A stretch of 64,000 nucleotides of DNA from Octopus sinensis. Taxonomy: Eukaryota. The notes beneath the pieces are model-generated. The model searched no databases. It was not told where the DNA came from and saw only the letters and a program-made list of their open reading frames with translations. This document shows, piece after piece, positions 53,877 to 64,000 of the stretch (the stretch's first letter is position 1; every line of letters begins with the position of its first letter). Location: assembly GCF_006345805.1 (NCBI RefSeq), contig NC_042997.1, positions 147,436,001 to 147,500,000 on the forward strand, given 5' to 3'. The translations under genes were made by a program, and so were the position numbers.

Positions 53877-56800
53877 TTTTGATATAGCATATTGTCCGAC
53901 ATAAAAATTGTATTTAGAGCTACAATGATATATTCATTAAAATAACTTGATAATTTATTGATTTGATCTTAAATATACTTTTAGAAGAAACCAACTGTGA
54001 ACCATTACTGGTATTAGTATATAATTGTGGAAATTGAAAACACACTACTACTGTGTTTGTTAAAGGTGTAAACATTGTATATCCTACTTCTTTATCCTCA
54101 AAAACACAAACCAATCTTCCCCCAAACAAAACGAGTCAATATAACTTAAGGTTAGTTTATATATCGAGAAGCCGAATATGTAAACTGTTTTCGATTACCA
54201 TGTCACTTACAACATTACTGCCCTTTAGATACCGGTTTCAGTTCCACTTCAATAAGCAATGTAAAGAAATGTGGTGCTATATATGTTAAACAGTATGGAT
54301 TCTGTAGCATTGGCTGTTAGTCACTCGCTACCCCAATAAAGCTCGGCTACACACACATAAACCAATATTGGTAAAGTATTTTAGTCAATATCATATATCG
54401 AAGATCTAAGAATCTGCTCGTAAACCCAGCAAACTATATCTGATATTTAACATAGACGAGAACCATAGAGTGGAAAGTAAACAGCTGACGAGATCAGAAT
54501 GCCGTTCGATATCGATTACCAATTTTGAAAGACATGAATGTCTAAACATTCCACCATCAATTACTAAAATTGTTATACCTACATGCCAAGTTAAAAAAAA
54601 AACAACAAAAACCTCAACGAACATCGAAGTAATAGTTGCTTAATAAATAAATGCTACTGGTTGCTGTTATTGTTGTTTAGCCCCAGATAACCCCCATGAG
54701 CATCATGTCATTTTCTATATGCAGGACTACATTGTCCAAAATATACTCAATATTTAATAGTTCTTTTTTGAAAGAGATTTGATTGCTATCTCTAGAAGAG
54801 TGAGTGGTCACCTACAAGCATCCTCGGTACCTCGATAAAGTATGCGTTTCTTTTGACGGAATATGTTTGTTTGTTTTTATAAAATACGTGAAAGGAGAGT
54901 GTATATAAAGTGGTGTTGTTGAGTTTTTACCCAAGCTGGTTAACTTATTTACAGAGAACTTTTGTTTTGATGGAGAAAGAGCTTTATTTATGATCAGACT
55001 TGTTCGTCATTTAGCATATTTTGATTATTGATTAGAACAAAAAGTCAGATTCTGTGAAAATAATTATTAGACAATATGTTGTTGCTAAAAGATAGGACTT
55101 CAATTTTTGTATAGGTATTACATACACATTTCTGTATAATATATTTAAGTAGAAATTCATATCAATGCCGCACGTAAGCCTTTACCAAATGAAAACTGTC
55201 GATAAACTTGTGCGACAAAGAAAAATATATAGTGACATTTAAATACTGAATTGTAACAAGTACTGCCTTGTGAATCTCTCCATCGGAAATTCAGAGCAAC
55301 AGTGAATTGCCAGCTGGAGCACTTCGCTAGTGCAAACTAACCTGTATCTAACAACGCTAATGTTCAGAAAATACACGATATGAAAATATTAATTACCGAT
55401 AACTATAGGCACAACTCAGATTCATCTGTAGATTGGGAAGATATTTGACTTGTAATATGCTGGTACAGTATTAAACGTCACATTTTCTTCTTTTGTCGTT
55501 AAAAAAAGTTGACCTTTTACCTAACAAAAAGAATACAATAAACTACATGAATATTTATATAGAACCTTTTATGTTTTTATAGTCAAAACGGAACTAAGTG
55601 TCGAAGACGCATTATATAGCATCAAAGACTGGCGGGATGGAAGTAAGAAAGAATTATTGAACCAGAGACCTGATCCGAATGCTTGGAACAAAAGGAATCC
55701 CGATAAAGGTAATTAAGGAGCCAAGTGGTTGTAATCTTCCAAGTGACAGATTGAATCTACCATCCACATAGACCATGGCGAGATTTGAACTCAGAAACTC
55801 AGAACAATATAATAAGAACCACAAGGGAATTGGTCCGACGGTTTTCGTCACGTATTTCTGCCCTGGAAAGATTAAAGCAACATTCAACTAAGCGGGATTT
55901 GAACTCAGAGCGCAGGAGGAGGAGTAAAAATTGGGGCAAGTTTCCAGTTGCTTTTGCTGTTTATTTTTGTGCAGATCCAGATCAAATATGTGATACGGAA
56001 GACCTATGGTCAAAGACATTCCACACTTGACCACCGCATTTTATTTTCTTAGGGACAAGGAACACACCATCACATTACTTCATATGTATTTCATAAACAA
56101 AAGACCATAGTCTTTATTTGAAAGTGATTTAGCAGATTTATTTGGGAGATCGAACAATTTCGTAGACATTCGCTCCCCTTTTGATTCCTAGTTGTTGCCA
56201 TTAAAACAGTCGTGAGCGCCAAACATTCTCATTTCTCTTCTATACGCATACATATTTTATAGTTAAGTTTGAAATTAGTATTTATCTCGTTTAATTTATT
56301 GAATATGAAATATTATCCCATTTATTCAATCATTTTTTCTCTTATGCTATATGAATATGTCCCGAGCCTAATACCATCTCTTCTATCTTTATCAAAATTT
56401 TGTTGTGTAGTATCACTCTGCAATCTATAATTGTAAACCGAGAATGTTATTTCTTCCCTAACTAACGATAATCGATGAGAGCGATGTCAAATTTGATTTG
56501 CTACAGGCGCCCATACTGTCCCAAACTAACTTCATGCACTTTTGCATTGATTTCAATGTATTTGTCTGATTATAATGCGTATTGGTAGGCGGAGACAAAT
56601 ATTGAATTTGATCTGGAACTGTTTTGTTTGTAAAGCTTAACGAAAAATGACAATAAAAAATAAACCTGATAATCAAGTATTTATTAAAAACTAACCATAT
56701 AAAAAGATACATCCCTTCACCCAATAGGTTTTTGATTATTATCTGTTGTTACTCATTGAAATATTCGGTTTATTTTTATAATTTATTAGAGTCAAAACTA

Positions 56801-56929
56801 ACTTTCCTCTTGGTAAATATTACTCTCCTCCTCCTACTCCTTTTTCTTTCGGTCTTTGTACCATTTGCAGGATTTTGACTTATAACTGTAAATTATATAC
56901 ATACATAAAAGTAGTAAAGATTCCCTTCA

Positions 56930-57257
56930 GTTACGAGTGGCTATGCGATTGCACCTAGAAAGTTCCCCCATGGGGCACAAGTATTGGCAAGGTTGTTTTG
57001 GGGAAGACTAGCAGTCACCTGTGCATAGTAGTCCCCCCCCCCCCGAGACGCTACCGATGTTGTCCAAAAGAAATGTAAAGACAGATACAGCCAGGCACTA
57101 GTGACGTCGCAACTCATTTCTACAGTTGAGTGAAATGTAGTGACGTGAAATAAAAAGCATTGCTCAAGAACACAACATATAACCTGGTTCGGCAATCGAA
57201 CTCACAACCTCACGATTGTAAGCACGATGCTCTAACTATTGAGTCATGCGCCTTCAC
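56930..57257 (-). mobile_element. tRNA-derived SINE (GTGAAGGCGCATG family)
   Basis: Minus strand GTGAAGGCGCATGACTCAATAGTTAGAGC...GAGTTCGATTGCC; 3' boundary approximate. Confidence 0.7.
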
Positions 57258-58459
57258 ATACATACACACAAACATACATACATTTAGTTGTGCGTTTGTG
57301 CGTGTGTATCTATATATTAAGACTAGTGTAATTGACAATATATTGTCCCAATAATGAACTGTGGTCATTTTACACGGCTATTTCCATTTGTGGGCCTTGT
57401 CTTAAATTATTGTGAAGAAAAATTAGATCGTTAAATAGCTATCTTTAGTTCCGTCCACCTACTAACTTCTTTCTCATGGTTTCTAGTTACAACTTTTAGT
57501 TTCTGGATGTCAATCATTACAATGATATGTTTGCTTCTTGTTTTTCTTATAGGCCAGATGAAATAAAACACGGGTTAAGTGCTATGGTAAGATTATATTC
57601 CTATTAAGAATTTTGGGTGACGAACAGCAGACTGGTAAAATCGTTAGGACGTCAGACAACATGCCTTATATTTTTTCGGCTAATAATTTTGAACTTAAAG
57701 TGAGTTGAGGTCAACTTTGCGATTCATCATCACTGGATCGATAAAATAAGGAATCAGCCAAATAATGGGTTCAAATCAGTGATTTTGCAAAGGAGAGCAG
57801 AGCCGATTTTCTCGAACAACAGTAAATTTCCGACAAGTGAAATGATAGACCGATTGTCGTTACATAATTTTTATTTATCTGTAACGCTTTTTATGTTATT
57901 GTTAAAGCAGCATACACACAGCTTATCTTTCCCTTACATACATCTATGATATCTCTCTCTAAAACAGACCCCATTCAAAGGGATTCTGTAAAAGAAAAAG
58001 ATGATTAACTGCTATAGATGTCAATACAATTATAAGAATGGAAAACTAAGAATGGTTAAAAATAAGTACCAGCTTTGTGCAATTTAGTGCAATAAAATGA
58101 TTCAAACGACAATATTTGTCTCTTAAAAATGTTTGACTTTGTTTCAATATCATAAATAATTATTCTTATTGTTTGAAATAAATATATTGCAATGATTCGT
58201 AATTGGTTACTATTGTAACATAAATCAGGCGTTATGCTAATGTAATATATTAATGGTTTTAAACATTAGAAATGATAAAGAATAATGTAGTCTAATATTT
58301 AGTTTCTTCGTGGGAAGTATTCTGAAAGAATCACTACAGTGAAGAACAAAAATACATGGCTTATTTAGTTACACCTTTTCATATTTTCAGTTCAAATCTT
58401 GCCGAGAGCAAGATTATCTTTTTTGTGTCAATAAAGTAAGCAAGATTAGTATACTGGAG

Positions 58460-58640
58460 TAAGGCGGTAAGCAGTCAGAATAGTTAGCACGCCGGGGAAA
58501 ACGCTTAGCGACATTTTGTCCGTCTTTACGTTATGAGTTCAAATTCCTCCCAGGTCGAATTTGCTTTTCATCACTGGCATCGATGTTACCGACTTATTTC
58601 ACCCACAAAAAGTGCTGGCCTCGTGCTAAAATTTGAAATC
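58460..58640 (+). mobile_element. SINE (AAGGCGGCGAGC family), diverged
   Basis: AAGGCGGTAAGC...GAGTTCAAATTCC..CAGGTCGA...GGCCTCGTGCTAAAATTTGAAA. Confidence 0.75.
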
Positions 58641-59028
58641 GATTAATATACTGGCATCGATTTAATGGACTGAATCATATTCTCAAGGTTTCCAGTCATG
58701 TACCAGTACCCAAATTTACTAGTATCTCCTCTTTAAATTTTAGAGAAGGAATCGGGTATATCATCGATGGTCAGTAGTGAACAACTAGTGAAATGTTTTG
58801 TCAGAAGATGATCCCTCTTTTCAGTCGCAGGCAAAACCGTGTTGTTAAGAAGCTTACTTTGAAACTACACTGGTTCTTTCAGTCCCCTTATGAAGTTACC
58901 ATAGTAACGTGCCGATAAATTGTTTGTGATTGAATATGCCTTGTGTCCCCAAGCAATCTTGAGGTATGGAGACACAAGCTTACTTAGATTACATCGCTAA
59001 TGTATGAAACTATTAGCTGTGTTCATTG

Positions 59029-59099
<71 letters not shown>

Positions 59100-59100
59100 A

Positions 59101-60168
59101 AAATTCTGGGTTTTACCAATAGAGCCGCAACTCCTATTTCAGGATAAGATAATTGTATGGAATACACATAGATAGTTATATCCCATAAAATAATATAAGC
59201 AGTTAAAAAACCTACTATAAAACACTATAAAATTATTTGAAAACATATTTAAAAATATATATATAACTTACCTGTTATTAATCTGTGGGGAAAGAAGATA
59301 TTTGTAATCAACGCTACACGATTCAGTTACAGCTAGACTTAAGAGTGTAACATATTTTTTAATTATTATCACCACTTGAATTCAACCTGTCTAATAGTAA
59401 TTAGTCTTAGCGAATTTTTCAGAGTATTTTATTTTATTTATATTATTCCCATAATACTTAGCGCATACTAGATATTTTTACTAGTTTTTTTTATTAGTTT
59501 TACTCAATAAATTTATAACGTATATAGTGGTTTTTAGTGAATAATCTTTTTAAATACTATAAACTTACGTTTGACATAAAAAATGGTAATTTATACGTGT
59601 ATAGATAGGGTTAAATCTTACACTAAATTATTAATCCTCGTAATGTTTATATATATAAGTTGTTGGATTTGATGTGTTTCTATATATATCGGTACTATAA
59701 TTTAGGTATTTAATTTTTAAATTTTTAAAAATATATTTGTAATTTATATATTTCATTATTATTTATTATATTTTTTCATATTCTTATTTTTCTATTTAAT
59801 AGGACTTATAATATGTATTTTAAAATTTGATCCGTTAATAATAATAGCAATAAGATAAATAGCCTGAGAATGCACTGGTGGATTTATGTATTAAGTATAG
59901 GCTTGATAAACACCCCACCAGCGCAGAAACACGGTAGCATTGATTAGAAATATCTTCTTTCCTCACAGACTAATAACAGATAAGTTATATATATTTTTCA
60001 AATATGTTTTCAAATAATTTTATTGTATTTATATTGTATTTATTTTATAGTAAGTTTTTAAACTTTTAGCTTATATTATTTTATTGGATATAACTATATA
60101 TGTGTATTCCATACAATAAGGTTATCCTGAAATAGGAGTTGCGGTTCTATGGGTAAAATTCCAAATTT
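59101..60168. mobile_element. Foldback/MITE-like element with ~220-235-bp terminal inverted repeats
   Basis: 59101-59317 is the reverse complement of 59934-60168 (e.g. AGAGCCGCAACTCCTATTTCAGGATAA / TTATCCTGAAATAGGAGTTGCGGTTCT); AT-rich non-coding interior. Confidence 0.85.
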
Positions 60169-60262
60169 GTAATAATATTATAAATGATACTGCTTACATT
60201 GCATTAGTAAAGTTTTAGATAGTAAATGTCCTGATAACCTGGAATACTTATTATTCTCTAAG

Positions 60263-60295
<33 letters not shown>

Positions 60296-60547
60296 CAGAT
60301 TCAGTCCGGTATAATGAATCCACAAACGCATATAAAACATGCAAGAGTTTACGTGTTTTTTTCTCTCTGAAGATATTATGCAAAGGTTATATAAATATAA
60401 ATTTTAATATTTACTGAGTATTAAGTGAAACAGGGGTAAGTGAAGATGATTAATTTGCTGTTAATAATAAACAATTATTAACTTCCCAATCTTCTTCTTC
60501 TTCTTAATCTTCTTCATCTCCTTCACCTTCTTCACCTTCTTTCTCTT

Positions 60548-60608
<61 letters not shown>

Positions 60609-62576
60609 TGTATGTATCTACACACATACACACAGATATATATATATACGTATGTGTACGTTCGTGTTTGTATTTGGATGTTTCATATATTATCGCTAGT
60701 TTTGGTTTGTTCATGTCCTTGTATTTTAGCAGTCCGGTATAAAGGAACCAATAGAGTAGGCACCAAATTTGGAAAAGTATGAATGAATACGTAAATAACA
60801 AAAAATAAATTTAATGAAATGATAAAATAAAGTACTGGGTTCGATTTGTTCGTTATGATCAAGGCATTCCAACTGTGTTCATCTCGTCGTTTTAAGATGT
60901 CAACCTAATATTGATGAAAATTGGTTTGCCATTTCTAGTGGATTAGGCCACAATTTGGCGCCTTCCTGGCTGGTTCCATATATCATCTACATATATATAT
61001 CATCGTAGTGTGCTCTGTGCAATCATTTCGAGACGTTCCTTAACAAATATATTTCAGGAAGACATGAGTATTGTTTAAACATAAAAATTGCTTTCTGTCT
61101 AATTGGTTACAACGTTAGTATTATTGCTTGGCCTTCAATCCTTATGGAGTTGTATAAGCAACAACGTGACATACTGTGAGTTTGTAACTGGTAGAGTTGA
61201 TCCTTTTCCAGGAGTGACCGAAGAACTTACCGTGTACCGTTATACTAGTACTTTATTTGTTGACCTCAAATGAAGAGTCTACTCAATATTAGTTGTCTAT
61301 TTGTGGTTTCAAGACAATGAGAAGCAAAGTTGACTTCGGTGTAATTAGAACCAAGACTGCGCAGAGAGCCGGAACGAGAGGACTTTCATATACCCTAATG
61401 ACTATGCCAACTGATTGCCTTACCAAGCCTTATGCAAATACAAAACAAAAATTGTCATTTACTTTTTTCATAACAGAAATGATGAGAAACAATATCTCCT
61501 AACATTTAGTTTCGTATCTCTACAGTCAGTATTCAAATCAGGTAGAAAATAACTCTGGACTTTTATCTCTTGGAGATCAATAAAATATATACCAGTTATT
61601 CAATGTGGATATTTCAATCATCTACAGCTCTGTATCTCATTCACTTGAGTCAATACAAGAAGTCATTATTTGATATTGTTTAAAACATATAGACTGCCGT
61701 GATTTTTCATTGTTAATGTAGCCCTAAACAGAACATTTGATCTGTTTTCGGCCTGAATAGAGATAATCCACTGCTTCAGTGTGTTAACAGACGTGATGTC
61801 TGTAGCATATCCTAATTTTCCGTTTGTGTAGCATTACAGGAAGTCTTACTTTAGGTGATATTTTTGTTTTTCATTTTATTCTTTTTTTTTACATAATATT
61901 TTATAGAATCCTGATAACACTAGCAAGAGTGAATTTCCAACTTTCTATTGATTCGCTATTAATCTTCTGGCACCCTCAATCTAATCAATGCCTTTTCTGT
62001 ATCCCTGCCCAGTAGCTTTTCTTTCATTTGTTGGATTCTTATTTTTCATAGTATTTGAAATGATCATTTTGTTTATATCGTAACCAACATCACCATCGTC
62101 TTCACCACGACGACCATCTCCAACATCAACACCTAATCTACCAGCATGTGATTGTGGTCGTGGTGGTGCTGGTAGTGGTGGTACTGGCAGTGGTGTTTGT
62201 GTTTTCTTCCCTTTCTCCTCGTCGAATCCTTACTTGTTCCTCTTTCCTTCCACTCTATATTTAGCTGACTTTGCTACTTCCATTTCCGTTCGGTCTCCAT
62301 TGCTACGTGTATAACATTAAATCTAAACATCCGATTAAATTCAGCGATAAAAGTCTTAGGAACTCTAGAAAGGCGTTGACTAGCATTACAAGGAATTCAT
62401 TGATCAGTGAAACCAATTCTTTAATATGGCAACGCTAATAAATTATCCTTGAGCAATACATGTAATGCACCCAATTGAGAACTATGCTGGAAACTGCTCC
62501 AACAAAAGATGCAGTGTGATTACATTCAGCCGACGATAGCTGTCTTGCTGAAAGCTGAGACGAAGAGAGAGAACAT

Positions 62577-62629
<53 letters not shown>

Positions 62630-63824
62630 AAGAAGGAGAAAAAGAGCGAGTGAGCGAGGGAGAAATTAACAGGGAAATGTGCTGAGAAATAGCAAGAGAG
62701 ATGGAGAGCGAGGGGTATATGAAGGAAGCGAATGAGATATATGGAAGTTAGTAACATATAGGCATACAGTGCTTATAATAGATCATTGAAAACAATCATT
62801 TACGCTGAAGGCTATATTATTTAGCTGTATTATTTAGTTTTTCCTTGTATTAGCAGTAAACTAATTCAGTTTTAATGAAATGCTAACCTGACAATGATGT
62901 CGATACATGTTTTTCGTCAGAAAGAAATAATGTACAGTAGAAACGAAAAAAAAAATATATATATTGGTTACCCATGTATGTATTTTCAATGCTATCTTTT
63001 CGGGGATTAACATACGAGGAGCAATTTCTATGGAATAAAATCTTTTGTTGTGTTGAAAATATATTTATAATAGGTGTAATGTGTGTGTGTATGTGTGTGT
63101 GTAATTTCAATGAAGTATTGACTTGGTTATGAAATTTTATATAAGTTATGGCAAATTAAAGGGGTTGAGATCTATATTGAAATATAAATATTCTGTATTT
63201 GATAGAAACGAAATATTTTGATAGTTAATTATATTAATATATGTCCAGCTCTCCATTTGATCATGTCGGCATATAACTGCAGTTGATATATAGTTTTATA
63301 TCGTAAACATAAATCGTTCATTTCCGGCGAAGGTAATGCTTGTATAATTTGGATGCGGACAAAAACAACTCCAAAAGATTGAATAGATATATTCAAGTCT
63401 TTCGTTAGTATTTCTCAGAGAAATAAAAATCCAGAATGTTGCAATTCCTTTGTGGGTTTCGTCAGTAATAAGTAATCTAATAGAACAAAAAATTATTTTA
63501 GAATAAATGTTAACCACGTAGCAAAAGCAAAGAAAATCAATATTTCAGGTATAGGCTCATTTTCAAGATAGAAGAAGAGAGACAATAGGAAAGACAAATA
63601 GGGTAATCTTCCTATCGTTATCAGAGAATCATGTTAGTAATGTGTGACGAACTTGTATAGCAGGGTATGTATTTTGGGAGTAAGGGAGAGCAGAATAGAA
63701 AGTAGAAATGCGGATCGTGTGCAAATAGAAAAAAAAAGGAGAAATAAGAATGAACAACAAAAGAATCAGTATATGTTGGTCAGTGTGTACACTGTGTGTA
63801 TGTGTACACACGCTGTTTAAGTGT

Positions 63825-63998
63825 TTAGAAAGGTGTGGTATTGCGTGCGGCTGTACTCAGGACGGTGGCGGGAATAAAAGATGGGAAGGAAATAGAAGGT
63901 AATAACACACTGTTGGTTCCAGAATGAGCACCTAACGTTCGCGAATCGGTAACTTCTTCGTGATTAATGGTGGAGTTGTTGTCAATTGTTGCTGGACG
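63825..63998 (-). CDS. Candidate terminal coding exon running off the window end, product unknown
   Basis: 57 open codons RPATIDNNSTINHEEVTDSRTLGAHSG...AARNTTPF then TAA; locally GC-richer than flanks; 5' end outside the window. Confidence 0.3.
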   Translation of the reverse strand, partial: RPATIDNNSTINHEEVTDSRTLGAHSGTNSVLLPSISFPSFIPATVLSTAARNTTPF

Positions 63999-64000
63999 TA

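Noticed and set aside
54406-54640. Frames open on both strands for ~220 nt
   Set aside because: No recognisable domain, start or splice context.
59266-59274. Strong minus-strand donor CAG|GTAAGT
   Set aside because: It lies inside the TIR of the foldback element, and the upstream frame is not convincingly coding.

Overview
This is AT-rich, repeat-dominated animal DNA. Its SINE families, mariners and microsatellite load look like an octopus/coleoid cephalopod genome; that assignment is inferred from recalled repeat families and was not verified. Almost all ORFs in the supplied track are microsatellite read-throughs, and no intact host protein-coding gene can be identified. Supported content: several tRNA-derived SINE families (about 20 copies), a full-length but dead mariner plus two deleted derivatives, four Penelope-like element (PLE) GIY-YIG fragments, the ORF1 + endonuclease half of a Tx1/L1-type LINE, a CR1/L2-type RT fragment, a ~1.07-kb long-TIR foldback element, a hAT-type MITE, and recent tandem duplications. 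The main signal is a set of minimal type I hammerhead ribozyme motifs tied to the PLE ends, including U3 core variants. Three PLE-derived inserts each split a CORE-type SINE at its internal microsatellite linker, always antisense to the SINE. PLE hammerheads are known biology; the SINE-linker nesting, the shared upstream motif and the shared inverted-cap breakpoint are patterns seen here that need genome-wide testing. Weaker candidates are a TATA/Inr first exon on the minus strand (~20.8 kb), a CRE/CCAAT/ETS promoter-like region (~46.6-47.3 kb) and two possible minus-strand coding exons.
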